NCBI RefSeq assembly: GCF_009914755.1
Contig: NC_060932.1
Length of the DNA: 64,000 nt
Source: the human T2T-CHM13v2.0 reference genome, Homo sapiens
Direction: 5' to 3' (one strand)
Part shown: positions 11,977-31,037 of the stretch, piece after piece
How positions within the stretch are numbered: the stretch's first letter is position 1
How the letters are laid out: the number at the start of each line of letters is the position of its first letter
Position numbers and translations under genes: made by a program
The notes under the pieces: model-generated
Seen by the model: the letters and a program-made list of their open reading frames with translations, nothing else
Told to the model about the DNA's origin: nothing
Databases searched by the model: none

Positions 11977-14142
11977 CATTAGGTGAAGTATTGGGGCTAT
12001 AAAATGGGGGTTGGGGTGACGAGTAATATAGGAGGCCACTCGACACTGAGCGCAACCCACCACCAGGGCTACCAGGACACAGAACTGAATTCTGCCAACA
12101 ACCTGAATGAACTTGGAAGCAGATTCTTTGCCAAACCTTCTAGATAAAAGCTCAGCTGCCAACACCTTGATTTCAGCTATATGATAATCTGAGTATAGGA
12201 CCCAGTTGCACGTCTTTCATGACTGTAAGCTAATGAATGGGTGTTCTTTAAAACCATTAAGTTCATTGTAATTTCTTAAGCAGAAATAGAAAACTAATAT
12301 AGAAGTATACTTTGTAAAGTTCTTTCATTATCCACTAAATAAGATTATTTAAAGGTAACTTAATACTATTTGTGATTAAGTTAAGTGTGCATATTGGAAA
12401 CCCTACAGCAATCACACCAGAAAAAGAGCTATACAGCCAGCAATCCAAGTTGACATAAAATGGAACATTACATACCCTCAACGAATCCCGAAAATGTCTG
12501 GAGTCATCTCAGAAGGGAGTAGGCGCTTTGCATGACCTGTTTTAGGACCAAAAAAAGTGCCTGGTATATAGCGGGCTGTCTCTAGACCTTTAGGAAATGG
12601 ATGAGTGAATGAATGCATAAATGAAAAGTCAACTCCATATTCTAAGCAATATAAATCAATAAGTGGTTCTAGAACCAAAAATACCTAGATAAAGAAACAT
12701 TTTAGACCATAAGCAGAATAATCAGAAGGGAAAAAACACTTAAACAGAGCAACCAGCCGATTTTGGGTTTTATTATTTATACCCAACCTGGTTCTAATAC
12801 AGATTTAAGGCACCAGAGAACAGCTAAAACTCTGCTTTAATAAACTATGTGTGTAATAACTGTGAAAATAAAGAAGGAAAATGAAGTATATTATAAGCAA
12901 ATGTAGAAGGACCCATTATAAATAAAAAGAAAGCACATACAAACTTCCTGCTTTTATAAGCAGAACATATGGGTTCTGTGCCTAGCACTACACAAACTAT
13001 TTTTTGTCACCATGCTACACACAGTAAGAGAAATGCCTGTATATTTGCAAAAGTTGCAAATCTAATTCTAATATGCAAGGTCAAACAGCAGCCCGGAAAT
13101 AGAAACTGAGGTTTGCAGAAAATGCTTATATCTCCAACTAATAATGCATAGTTCACGAGATAAGCCAACCTGATTTAGCTGAATCAGCTGGAGGTTTACA
13201 AACTCCACATTGCTCCTAGTTGATCACATTTAAGACAACCTTTCTGCCTATCATAATCTCTAATAAATGGTAGAGTGAAGGGTAAGGACAAAGGAACAAA
13301 TGTATCTTAAATGTTTGTTTTGAATAGGAGAGGACATCACTGCAGACCTTACTGAAGTGCATGCAGCAGGTATATTTTGTTCCCTTCAGGAGAATTTCTG
13401 GCACAGGAGTATGTTCACAAGAATGTAGATTAATATGCTTGGAGTTTTGGCAGTGCTGTAGTTTATTCTGGATGTTACTGATTGAGATGTTTCAGTGATG
13501 CTGTATCCCAAATCCCAAACCTGCACATAATTGTGAAAACTGTTCATATATTCACATACTTCAGATAAGAATCAAAAATGTCTTGTTGACATTATTAAAA
13601 TTTGGAGTCTTCCTTTTCTACTATTTCATATAACACTGCCTTTACATAGACCCATGGGAAAATGGAAGGTATATTTTACTCTCTGGATTTATAGAAGCTT
13701 GGTCTCCCTCTGACTCAGTGACTCTGGATCACTAATTAACAGCCAGGTGCTGGGTGTTTTACTAAAAAAACAAAGTGACTTCATTAAGTGCAAGCTTTTG
13801 AACAAAATACAATACACGTGCAGCCTCTTTTAAATTAGTTCTTCTGAAGCACCTCCTTCTCTAAGGATATCCCATTGGAAAAATGAGCACAATCCTTAAC
13901 CAGATTGTACATAATTCACACTAATTAAACATGTCATTTATGGGCTTGAACCTATTACATCAAGTTATAAATTATGCAGTTTAAAAGCTGCATTAACTTT
14001 TTCTAGTGACTAGAAGCAAAGGAGAGGCTACTTAGCAGTTGTTTAATCAACAAACACAAGCTGAAATTTGTGGTCACGTTAAATATTTAGCTAGTGGCTT
14101 AGTTTTTAAGAGGCCACTTACCCAAAATAAAAAGGAAAAATG

Positions 14143-15040
14143 GCAAGATGGCCGAATAGGAACAGCTCCGGTCTACAGCGCCCAGCGTGAGCAACGCAGA
14201 AGACGGGTGATTTCTCCATTTCCATCAGAGGTACCGGGTTCATCTCACTAGGGAGTGCCAGACAGTGGGCACAGGTCAGTGGGTGCGCGCACCGTGCGCG
14301 AGCCGAAGCAGGGCGAGGCACTGCCTCACTTGGGAAGCGCCAGGGGTCAGGGAGTTCCCTTTCTGAGTCAAAGAAAGGGGTGACGGACGGCACCTGGAAA
14401 ATCGGGTCACTCCCACCTGAATACTGCGCTTTTCCGACCGGCTTAAAAAACCGCGCACCACGAGATTATATCCCACACCTGGCTCGGAGGGTCCTACGCC
14501 CACGGAGTCTCACTGATTGCTAGCACAGCAGTCTGAGATCAAACTGCGAGGCGGCAGCCAGGCTGGGGGAGGGGCGCCCGCCATTACCCAGGCTTGATTA
14601 GGTAAACAAAGCAGCCTGGGAAGCTTGAACTGGGTGGAGCCCACCACAGCTCAAGGAGGCCTGCCTGCCTCTGTAGGCTCCACCTCTGGGGGCAGGGCAC
14701 AGACAAACAAAAAGACAGCAGTAACCTCTGCAGACTTAAGTGTCCCTGTCTGACAGCTTTGAAGAGAGCAGTAGTTCTCCCAGCACGCAGCTGGAGATCT
14801 GAGAATGGGCAGACAGCCTCCTCAAATGGGTCCCTGACCCCTGACCCCCGAGCAGCCTAACTGGGAGGCACCCCCCAGCAGGGGCACACTGACACCTCAC
14901 ACGGCAGGGTACTCCAACAGACCTGCAGCTGAGGGTCCTCTCTGTTAGAAGGAAAACTAACAAACAGAAAGGACATCCACACCAAAAACCCATCTGTACA
15001 TCACCATCATCAAAGACCAAAAGTAGATAAAACCACAAAG
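14143..15040 (+). promoter_or_regulatory. L1 5' UTR CpG-rich internal sense promoter and antisense promoter region
   Basis: CpG-rich L1 5' UTR with YY1 motif CAAGATGGCCG. ORF0 (ATG at 14584, minus strand) stops prematurely at codon 25 (CGA>TGA). Confidence 0.8.
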
Positions 15041-16058
15041 ATGGGGGGAAAAACAGAACAGAAAAACTGGAAACTCTAAAAAGCAGAGCGCCTCTCCTCC
15101 TCCAAAGGAACGCAGTGCCTCACCAGCAACGGAACAAAGGTGGATGGAGAATGACTTTGACGAGCTGAGAGAAGAAGGCTTCAGACGATGAAATTACTCT
15201 GAGCTACGGGAGGACATTCAAACCAAAGGCAAAGAAGTTGAAAACTTTGAAAAAAATTTAGAAGAATGTATAACTAGAATAACCAATACAGAGAAGTGCT
15301 TAAAGGAGCTGATGGAGCTGAAAACCAAGGCTAAAGAACTACGTGAAGAATGCAGAAGCCTCAGGAGCCGATGTGATCAACTGGAAGAAAGGGTATCAGC
15401 GATGGAAGATGAAATGAATGAAATGAAGCGAGAAGGGAAGTTTAGAGAAAAAAGAATAAAAAGAAATGAGCAAAGCCTCCAAGAAATATGGGACTATGTG
15501 AAAAGACTAAATCTACGTCTGATTGGTGTACCTGAAAGTGATGGGGAGAATGGAACCAAGTTGGAAAACACTCTGCTGGATATTATCCAGGAGAACTTCC
15601 CCAATCTAGCAAGGCAGGCCAACATTCAGATTCAGGAAATACAGAGAATGCCACAAAGATACTCCTCGAGAACAACAACTCCAAGACACATAATTGTCAG
15701 ATTCACCAAAGTTGAAATGAAGGAAAAAATGTTAAGGGCAGCCAGAGAGAAAGGTCGGGTTACCCTCAAAGGGAAGCCCATCAGACTAACAGCGGATCTC
15801 TCAGCAGAAACTCTACAAGCCAGAAGAGAGTGGGGGCCAATATTCAACATTCTTAAAGAAAAGAATTTTCAACCCACAATTTCATATCCAGCCAAACTAA
15901 GCTTCATAAGTGAAGGAGAAATAAAATACTTTACAGACAAGCAAATGCTGAGAGATTTTGTCACCACCGGGCCTGCCTTACAAGAGCTCCTGAAGGAAGC
16001 ACTAAACATGGAAAGGAACAACCGGTACCAGCCGCTGCAAAATCATGCCAAAATGTAA
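15041..16058 (+). pseudogene. ORF1: L1 ORF1p, disrupted
   Basis: +1 frameshift just after the ATG (ATGGGGGGAAAAACAG) and TCA>TGA at codon 50 (15189-15191); residual ORF 15312-16058 ends ...QNHAKM. Confidence 0.95.
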
Positions 16059-16106
16059 AGACCATCGAGACTAGGAAGAAACTGCATCAACTAACAAGCA
16101 AAATGA

Positions 16107-19951
<3,845 letters not shown>

Positions 19952-20259
19952 ACAATGAGATCACATGGACACAGGAAGGGGAATATCACACTCTGGGGAC
20001 TGTTGTGGGGTGGGGGGAGGGGGGAGGGATAGCATCGGGAGATATACCTAATGCTAGATGACGAGTTAGTGGGTGCAGCGCACCAGCATGGCACATGTAT
20101 ACATATGTAACTAACCTGCACAATGTGCACATGTACCCTAAAACTTAAAGTATAATAAAAAAAAAAAAGGAAAAATGAATTTATAGATAATACCACCAAG
20201 CTTTGCTTGGCTTGAAACATAAGCATCATACAGTAACTAATATATGCAGTAATGTAATC

Positions 20260-20900
20260 CTCAACTATGTGCCTAGTATTGTGTAATATACTAGGGATAT
20301 AAAGATGAAAAAGATATGATTCCTTCTCCCTATCACTTCCGGCCTAAAAAGGGAAAAGAACAACGTTATATATCAGTAAGCTCAGCAATTATGCTAGGTG
20401 CTCTGATGGAGGGCAGTGAGCAATGATCATAAGGAATATAACACATAAGGTAGGGCCTAAAATGTAATTATGCCTTTTGCAAGCACATGAAACTCAATGA
20501 ACAAAGGCAGAATTGTGTGCAACAGGGAGGCCAGTCTGGAGAAGCATAGGACTGGGTGAGCAAGGAGAGAAAGATGAAAGAGGGACTGCTCTTTGATGAA
20601 GCAGAATCAGTAGATAGACAAGGATCAGAATGCAGAGGGCCTCAATAAGGATTTGTGACTTTCTCCTGTGGGAAAATGGGAAATATTGAAGAGTTTTAAA
20701 CAGTTGAGCTTACATGACCAGAATTATGTATTAGAGAGTATCGTCACGACAATGTGGAGGCGGGACTGGGAAATGACAGACTATAGGTCAAGAAGAATTA
20801 AGTTAAATTAAAAGGCCAATTAAGAAACTTATTGTAATCATCAGGTGAGAGGGAGAAGGGCCTGAGCAAATGTAATAGCAGTGAGAATAAAAAACAAAGA
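20260..20900 (-). mobile_element. L2 fragment
   Basis: CTATGTGCCTAGTATTGTG...GGGATATAAAGATGAA and GGGAAATATTGAAGAGTTTTAAACAG are typical of antisense L2. Confidence 0.65.
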
Positions 20901-21289
20901 GAAAAAGTTTTAAATTATGTTCAGTGAATAACTTCTAAGAATTGTTTTATTAAGAGTATTAGGTTCCTATAAATTCCTCAAGTGTAATATCGTTACATCA
21001 TCATTAAAATTAGACTCTATTGACACAAATGGGCTTAATATTAACAATAATTATATTTATGCATAATTCTTCCAAATTAAGTTATTAAATATTTAAGATT
21101 CATGTGATGACCTTCTCATAAAATTTTACTTTTCTCTCATAAGCTAATTCCAACTCTAATCTTATATGCAAACCTCATTCAGACTAAAACTCATCTACCC
21201 ATGTTTTAATTACCTGTTAGCTGCTTGTATACTAGACAGTAAAGAAAATAGCAAAATTCTACTGACTCTCCTACCTTTACAGTCATGCT

Positions 21290-22030
<741 letters not shown>

Positions 22031-22383
22031 GTCCTGCTGTAAGCTGGCCTAACCACAACTACTTGCATTTGTTCCATCCTACATCAGAAGTAAACAGACT
22101 ACTCGGCAAACCAAACATGGACATAATGTTGAATTATTCTCCCAGATCTGTAGCTAAACTATAGGTTCTTGTATTCCTTTCTCAGTACCCATAAGCTAAA
22201 ACACTCCAAGCATTATCTGTACATTTCTGGCATAATACCATTACTTGACTCATTTCCAGTAAAAGAAAATTTGTCTCACAGTAATTTTATGAATTGATCC
22301 AAGTTTCTCTTAGTCCTACCTAATAAATAAAATAACTTATGGTCTATATTCAGTAGTTTCCACAATAATCATTTTACACAGTG

Positions 22384-22424
22384 TCACATAATTGTGATCT
22401 TATACAGATTACTTTCTGCAGAGG
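22384..22424 (-). other. Candidate minus-strand exon start; true 3' end unknown
   Basis: Acceptor TCTTCTATTTTGTAATTTCAG|CCTCTGCAG; a phase-1 reading gives (A)SAESNLYKITIM*. Confidence 0.25.
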
Positions 22425-23551
22425 CTGAAATTACAAAATAGAAGAGTATCGGAACCAAAGATTTAAAACACATTTAAATAAAATATAATAAGATGTTGAA
22501 ATACAAATATAAGTGGTTTTCACTACAGGAATTTTCAAAATTAGGGCATCAAAACAAGTAAAGAATACTGTCAATACCTAAAATTTTAGCAACTTCTTTC
22601 AATATTAAGTTTTTAAAGCCAATGTGCAAGAGAAACACAGAACATCTTTCTAATGCCCTGCTCTCCAGCATCCTTTCTTCCCTATTGCTAATAGCAGTAA
22701 GTAAGTTGTTTCTCATTTCATATATCTCTGTTGACACATTCATTTTACAAATTCCAGAGATCTGAGACAGACCTAGGGGCTGAATTTAATGGGCCCTGTG
22801 ATGCAAGAGATTATAAGTACTGGCTGTTTACCGCCCTCCTTCAGCCTGGAGGATGGTCCTCCTGGTAGAGAGCCTCTCCCAGGTGGGTGCTGACTTCAGC
22901 TGGCGATTCTGTTTTTGCACATCCTTTGCCCTTCCTCCTCTTGTACCTTTTACCAAAAGCTTTGTGGACAGAGGGAGCGGTGGCCAGAACATCCTGAAAT
23001 AAGATGAACAATTTGAGGAAGGAGAAGGAAGTGAGGAAGAATGCAGAAAGCAGTACCTAAAGAGAATCCAAAGGACTCTAAGTAGGGAATGCAGTCAGCA
23101 TGTTTCAAGGCAGACTCCAAGTCTTTCAAGTTGGTTGTGTCTAAGCTTTGAAATCAGGGTATCTTGCTATTAAAAATATCAATTTGGTAAGATCACTGAA
23201 GGAATTCTTTAAATAGATTGTTTTCTTTTATAATTTCCTTTTATCATTAATTGCTTTCAACCTAAAATATGAACTTTGGGGGAAAAAAACACATGCTTTC
23301 TCACAGATAAAGCATCGAGTGATGGTAGAACTCTCTGCAGAGTGCACCCTCACTCCTTGGTCTGTGATCTCCAGTAAACTCCTTTCAAGTCCAAATCCTC
23401 AAGTACTTCACAAGCAAGAGAGGAACAATAGCAGCTACCTTATTGGGTATGAATATTAGATAATGAACATGAAGACCTTGATGCATAATAAATTCTCAAT
23501 GCATGTCAGGAAAAGGAGGAGGAGGAAAAAGAAGATAGAAGTATTTTTCTT

Positions 23552-23814
23552 TTTTTCTTTTTTTTTCTGGAGATGGAGTCTTGCTCTGTCGCCCAGGCTG
23601 GAGTGCAGTGGTGTGATCTCGGCTCACTGCAAGCTCTGCCTCCTGGGTTCACACCATTCTCCTGCCTCAGCCTCCGAGTAGCTGGGACTACAGGCACCCA
23701 CTACCACACCCGGCTAATTTTTTTGTATTTTTAGTAGAGATGGGGTTTCACCATGTTAGCCAGGATGGTCTCCATCTCCTGACCTCATGATCCGCCTGCC
23801 TTGGCCTCCCAAAG
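23552..23814 (-). mobile_element. AluY, truncated ~35 nt at the 5' end
   Basis: AluY diagnostics GCAAGCTC, CCATTCTCC, TTAGCCAGGATGG; 16-bp TSD TAGAAGTATTTTTCTT at 23536-23551 and 23815-23830. Confidence 0.93.
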
Positions 23815-23983
23815 TAGAAGTATTTTTCTTATACATTCTTTTAGATTCTAGGTCAGAGTAGGATAAAAGGATTTGAAATATCCAATTCTGATTGAGAAGG
23901 TTATAAGGCAACATAATGTTTTTTATTTGAAAACTGAAGAATTAAAATGTGATCACTTTAAGATTTATACAAAAGTAATGGAG

Positions 23984-24314
<331 letters not shown>

Positions 24315-24378
24315 TCAACATAAACATAGTTTATTTTGATTCATATAAATTAAGCTTTCAAATAATGATTAGTGTATA

Positions 24379-24791
24379 CAGTTGACCCTTGAACAAGATA
24401 GGGTTTAGGAGCACTGAACTCCTGTGCATCAAAAATTCTCACATAACTTTTGACTTCCCTAAAACTTAACTTAACATCCTACTGTTGATGAAACCCTTAC
24501 AGAAAACATAAATGATTAACACATCTTTGTATTTTATATGTATTAATATTACACACTGTATTCTTAAATAAGATAAAGAAAAGAAAATTTTATTACAAAA
24601 ATCACAAGGAAGATAATATATATTTATCATTTATTCAGTGAAAGTGGATCATCATAAATGTCTTCATCCTCATTTTCATGTTGAATAGGCTGAGGAGGAG
24701 GAGGAAGAGAGGAGGGTCTTGCTGTCTCAGGGGTAGCTGAGATGGAAGTGGTGCCACGCAGTTCAAACCTGTGTTATTCAAGAGTCAACTG
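24379..24791 (+). mobile_element. Tigger2a (MER28)-like DNA transposon
   Basis: TIRs CAGTTGACCCTTGAACAA and TTATTCAAGAGTCAACTG flanked by TA. Confidence 0.85.
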
Positions 24792-24797
24792 TAATTT

Positions 24798-25065
24798 TCT
24801 GTTGCCAAGGCTGGAGTACAGTGGCGCGATCTCAGCTAACTCTAACCTCCGCCTCCTGGGCTCAAGCTATCCTCCCACCTCAGCCTTCCAAGTAGTTGGG
24901 ACTACAGGCGTGCAACATCATGCCCGACTAATTTTTGTATTTTTAGTAGAGACGGGGTTTTGCCATGTTGGCTAGGCTGGTCTCGAACTCCTGACCTCAA
25001 GTGATCCACCTGCCTCAGCCTCCCAAAATGCTGGGATTACGTGCATTCAGCCACTGTGCCCCACC
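24798..25065 (-). mobile_element. AluJ lacking its tail and 3' end
   Basis: AluJ-type GGGCTCAAGCTATCCTCCCACC; TSD AACTGTAATTT at 24787-24797 and 25067-25077. Confidence 0.88.
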
Positions 25066-28032
25066 AAACTGTAATTTAAAAAGAAAAGAAATCAAGAGCA
25101 TTGAGACAACATATTTTAAAATTTAAGCATACTAGAAAAAGGCAGATTTTTAAAGAAAGCCAAAATAATATATTAAAAATTGTATTTAAATCTGAATCGT
25201 CGAATGACAAAAAGAAAATATGTAGAAATGAAGATTTATCTGTTATAGAACAGAGTGCAAAACTCAGAAGTTATATAGAAAATATGACTGCAGTATGGAA
25301 GCAAATCTTTTACAAAGAGAGAGTAGGGAGCCTTTGGTGATTTAGTGAAATGGCCCCAAAATCCAAGGTTACAGGAAGGAAGGTAGACTAATCAAAATGG
25401 ATTATTATGAAAAACAATGGCAAGCGTGTTAAATAATGACTTTTCAAAAGATGCTTCACCCTGGAATCTTACTACCCTTTTGAAATCTCCTTTTGGCTCA
25501 CTGGTTGTAGTTTTTCATAAAGTCTAAAAGAAAGGGTAGATGAGTAATGCTATGAGTCAGAGGTTATTAAGAGTCATTTTTAACAAAAGCGACTTTAAAA
25601 TCTTGGTGATCTTTAACATTTTATAATACCTGCTATTCAGAATTATTCTAAGAAAGTTACTAAGGTTTACAGAAAATTTGGTCACTTTATATCCAGTGTG
25701 CACTGTTAAAAAGCAAAAGTTGGCAAAAGGTTTAGTTGTCCTAGGAGCAGTGGCAAAGCATTAAAATTTTTAAAGCTACTCAGGTTTTATTTTGCTAAGT
25801 TTAGGTCATAGAATTAATTTTCTCAGTAAAAAAGTTGCTTCTTAAAAGTGCTGCAGATATTTGGCACATGCTGGCAACCAAAATAAACTGTAATGTCTTT
25901 CTCTAAGATTTAGGCCAGGTGCTTTGCTTTACATAAACTCAAAATTTTGCTTCACAATAGCTTTTGGCAATTGCAATAAACATAGGCAGGCAAATGGGGT
26001 ACCTATCTATCTTAACAGCAAATCATTTTTTGCTAATAGTAGATACTGTTTATACAACTTGGGAGAGAGTTCAGTTATTAGGATTTTGTATCTTCAACAT
26101 ATTCCTGTCAAAAAATCATAGCAAACAATGGATGTTTAAAAGTCTGTAATAACAGTCTAACACAATGTGCTAACCCTGGGACTATCCATATAGGTTTTAG
26201 CTGGTTTCGATTATAAGTTTCTGCCTTATAGTGGAATCTGGTCAATAAAAGCCCATTTGTCTAGTACTAAATTGCTCTATGTTTGCTACATACTTAATGA
26301 CAGTTCCTGAAAAAAATTGTAATCATTTCCAAACTTCATGCTTTGTTTTATATCAGGATAGAACCTTAAAGGGTGATTTGCAGTTGGCATTCTCATACAC
26401 GTTCATACACAAAGGAGCCCACAAATACACCTATATGCAGAATAGAGCTATTTGTAAAAGAGCCTGTTGATTTGAAAAATGGCAGAGGGAAATTGCCCAA
26501 GATCAAAGAAAAACTGTGTCAGCCTTCCAATATCAATTCAAATCTTAAAATGATAAAGTTAATTCCAAAATGAAGTTTATTAAATTGCAAAAAAAAGCTA
26601 ATAAAGCCATCTCGCCATATTTTTAATTCCATGAAAGCTTTCAGAAATAATTATTTGTTTTATTACACACCATCTGTTAACTCAATGAAAACAGAATTTT
26701 AGAAATTTTTGTGAGATTGTTTTATATTTGAATATTTATATTTATAATGAATTCAATATTTATAATGAATTCTAATTGCTTTAGAATTCGTTATTTTTGA
26801 AACAAATGTGGGAAAATTAATTTTATTACCTTTCCCATTCTGAATCTAGCTTTCTTATGCCCCCGCACAAATTCTAACTAACATTGTATACATTAGACCT
26901 ATAAAAAAGAACTGATTTCTTGACATGAGCTTTTTCATATGTGTAGGTTTATATAGCAGATATGGGCTCTATCTGACTACATTATCTTTTATCTGTTTAA
27001 TGCTCATACATCATGATAAGAGGAGAAAAATAATCTTTTCCGGAGTAAAGACCATCTGTACTACCCATCAAAAAGGAGTAAGGCTTTGTAAATTGAGAGG
27101 AAAGTCTACTTGTTTGACTTGGTAACTTTGTCAAGGTTACAATTGTGAGTAGATAAAAAAGTAGCAATTAACGTGACATACCTAGAGGAGGCACAAGGCT
27201 TTTCCCAAAATATAGAAGCCAGTGTCTGAGATTCATTCATCTTAATATAATTCCTTAAGATCAGGAAGGCTCTTCAGGTTTTCAAGAGAATCTATCACAA
27301 TTAAAATGTGTTTTACAGGAAAAGGACTGATAGTTATTGCCAGTTTACCATGAGTACTACTGGATGTGCTTTACATAAGTTAGTTTAATTTTTATACATG
27401 TACATCTTTGCCTTAATTATTAGCTACCTTGTGCATGAGGATCGACAGAAAAGCTTTTAATGAACTAGTTCCCAGAGAGTATTCACAATTCGGCAGAAAA
27501 AACTTAAGAAGAACAAAAAGCACTCCTGAACCCCAGCACTTAGAACGCTTACAATTACCACCATAGACAGAGGAGAATGATGGTGCCTTTATGGCAGATA
27601 TGCCATTTATTTATTTATCAGTTTACTACTCTATTTTATGACAAAATACTTTGCTATGTGCTGTGAAGGATACACTAGTGTGTCAAAGAACCAGTCAGTG
27701 TAATAGCATATGAATGAAGATATTGAAAGGTACAAAACACGATAATGCCTTTCCATAAGCAGTAAGCCTTCACTTGGCAAGATTACTTTGGGAGGAACAG
27801 TGTACAAATGTTATTCTGACATAAGCAAATTAATGAATAACAAAAATGTATTTCTCTAAGCTTTCAAATATATAGTATCTTTAATTAGTCTAAGTATTTT
27901 CTAGTAAGTATTCTCTTCTAATAAGCCTTAGAAATTAATGTTCATCAATATATCAAGGCACCAGCTCAGATCATCTGGCAATTATTCCAGTTCTTTATAA
28001 AAAAGATGTTTCTCAAGTTCTAAAAACAGTAC

Positions 28033-28126
28033 CTTCTCTCTCATTAGGTAGTTTTTTCTAAAGGCTATTCACTTTGTTGATTTGTTTGGCGATGCTTTCG
28101 TAAAAATGTTCAGATGAACTTTCATC
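28033..28126 (-). other. Candidate 94-nt spliced exon of an unidentified minus-strand transcript
   Basis: Acceptor TTATATTTTTGCAG|GATG and donor GAAG|GTACTG in unique sequence with retained CpGs. Frame 0 reads DESSSEHFYESIAKQINKVNSL*KKLPNERE. Confidence 0.45.
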
Positions 28127-29599
28127 CTGCAAAAATATAAGACCTCTGATCCCAAATCCAAATTAATACATAAAATAACCAATCCAGATATGAAATTTTG
28201 TTCTGCATTCTATATGATTTCTCATTTAGAAGATACTGTCCATTAAATTATTAAGTATACTACACATAAAGCCCCATATGATAAGTTTATTTTAGAATTT
28301 TCAATTAGGGAACTCTCCCCTAAAGAACAGGTATGTGTCTTCTTTTCCAGTGATGAGAGTAATCTGTCTTTTTGCTCTGATAGCCAGGAACATCAGAGTC
28401 AAACCTGAAGTACAACTACAAAAATATGATGCTAAGCTCATGGTTACAGTATTGGTAGCTTTCATTTTTCTACCAGCTTTATTTTCCATATTAATCTCAT
28501 TTTGTATGGAGAGAATGAAGCATAAAAATATTTGGTAAATTAAAATATACGGAACAATACACTATACATCCACCAAAGTCATATATAATGAGCTACTACT
28601 TTTGAAATAAATTAATATATGTTTATTTGTAAAGCCACATCAAGTGGACATAAACACCTCATTTTCTTTATAGATAAGATCATTTAAGCAGAACTTGAAA
28701 ATTTTAAAGTCAGTTTCACTTGGTCTTAATTTCACTGTTAATTCTTTACCAAATATTTTAGACTTTAGAAAATGTATTCTACTAATAGTGCAGAAAGCCA
28801 ACATCATTGTTATAAATCACTTGACCAGCTGATCATGTATTAGGAAAAAAAACTTAGAGAAAAGAATAACTCCATGAATAAACAAAAAACTGCATCACTT
28901 ATGCCAAAATGAGAAAGCTGACCAATCTATCTTTGGGAAGTAATTGGAAAAACTAGTCAGAAGCTCCTATTTCTTGAATAAAAAAGCCTAGTGATTATAC
29001 CTAATAAAGGCTTGTTTAAGGAAAAAGTAATAAATGTGAAAGTAAACTGAATAGTGTCCTTATTAATGTACGAGATTTTTTTATTTTGTGGCTTTGTTTC
29101 ATTCTTATTAATTACAACGATAAAATAATAGCATAAGTAATAAATTCAAACAGAATGAGTCAGCTATTTTAGTAATATTATACTTGCTTTTTAACGGAAA
29201 ATGTCATGCAGGTTTGCAATTTTTGCTACTATTAACAAAATAGTGAAGAGTGTATAGATTAGTGGAAACTAAATGGTTGGCTGAAACTAAACACATAGCT
29301 TACATGTATAGTTTTTTTTTTTCCTTCTTCACAGTATGCCTTCTGGAAAGAAGACATGAGGGAAGGAATGGAGAATGTAATCTGAAGCAATAGAGCCTCC
29401 TTGTCTTCCCTGTCATTTCCACTTTGCTGTAATAATCATTTGAGGATTTGGGCTTTTTCCTTGGGGCTCCAAATTTAGGAATGCAGAGCTCTCTCTTATT
29501 GCTTGTCGTCTTAGGCAAAGCACTTCCATAAGCTCCGCCATTTACCTACTGTCCCTTTAAAAATGTTCAAGACAAGACCTCTAAGAAATCAAGGGGACA

Positions 29600-30068
<469 letters not shown>

Positions 30069-30893
30069 TCAAGAGGCCCCTGAGCAGATGTTCTCCTTAT
30101 CTTGCTTCATTCTCAAGTCCAGGCTGTCTTCTGAGCTTTCCTGCTTGTCCTTTTGTCTGGCCATTAGATTCTGACCTTCTAGGTGATAATAACGAGTCTA
30201 CCACTTCTTTGCTTGGGTTTCTACTTCAGGGCTCCAGTCTGCCTCCTGGTGAGTGAGTGAGGGCTGCTTGTTACCCTGTATCACTTCTCATTAAGCATCA
30301 GTAGCAATAATGGCTAATATTTGTGGAGTATAAGTGCTCTACATGCATATTCATCCAACAAAATTTTTTGTTTACTACATACCAAGCTTACTATTATATT
30401 TGCTAAGAACAAAAAAATAAAAGAAAAAAGCTTCAATCCAGACAAAACTCTTTGTTCCCATTCAGCCTACCAGAAATAAGACATGAATATAAACAAAGTA
30501 AGAATAAATGAATACAAACACATACAGATGCTGTGAAAAAAGAAGCTGTTTTTTATTAAGAGAGTATATCAAAGGATTTCACCTCGCTAAAGGAGTAAGA
30601 GAAGGCTTACCAAAGAAAGTGATGTTCAAGCTGAGATATAATAGATAAAAAGAATTAATTAGGCACACTGGAAAAACATTCCAGATAGAGAAAACAGTCT
30701 ATGCAGGGAGACTATCACATCAGAGAAGCAGGGAAGTGGTAAGGACAGGGTTGCACAGACCACCTGAAAAACTGTAGAAGTGAGCATGGCAGGAGTGCAG
30801 AAAGAGGCAACCACCAGCTGAGACAGGGCCTTGTAGGTCATGTTAAAGATTAGGTCTTTTTCCTTAGAGCAGCTGAAGTCATTAAAAGTTTTT

Positions 30894-31037
30894 TTTTAGG
30901 AAATTTTTTTAGTATTATACTTTAAGTTCTGGGGTACATGTGCAGAACATGCAGGTTTGTTACATAGGTATACACGTGCCATGGTGGTTTGCTGCATCCA
31001 TCAACCCATCATCTACATTATGTATTTCCCTTGATGC
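30894..31037 (-). mobile_element. Very short 3' L1PA7/8-like insertion
   Basis: L1 3' end TTATACTTTAAGTTCTGGGGTACATGTGCAGAAC; TSD TTAAAAGTTTTT at 30882-30893 and 31038-31049. Confidence 0.88.

Larger units (their letters stand above)
10758..12301 (+). mobile_element. MLT1 (MLT1E-like) MaLR LTR, interrupted by MER47
   Basis: Starts TGTGGTAGG, contains GAACTGAATTCTGCCAACAACCTGAATG, ends AATAGAAAACTAATATA; 5-bp TSD GAAAT / GAAGT. Confidence 0.8.
8950..12470 (+). mobile_element. Old L1M 5' end, ORF1 and inter-ORF region, interrupted by MLT1
   Basis: Degenerate ORF1 motifs CTGGGACAATAACAAG, ATTGGAGTGCCAGAA, GAAGCTCAACAAACCCCAAG, TCAACCTAGA; resumes after 12301. Confidence 0.8.

Noticed and set aside
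14276-14584. Intact ORF0 in the first L1
   Set aside because: CGA>TGA at codon 25; the listed ORF 14276-14503 is only the downstream remnant.
22831-22946. Minus-strand exon reading TRGGRAKDVQKQNRQLKSAPTWERLSTRRTILQAEGG
   Set aside because: One frame is open, but the acceptor (TTGGTAAAAG) and donor are weak and I recognise no homology.
26738-26772. Short ATATTTATAATGAATTC tandem duplication
   Set aside because: Real, but a common AT-rich slippage event with nothing further to suggest function.
29300-29518. 72-aa minus-strand ORF and a plus-strand acceptor at 29334
   Set aside because: No recognisable protein and no paired donor; consistent with chance.
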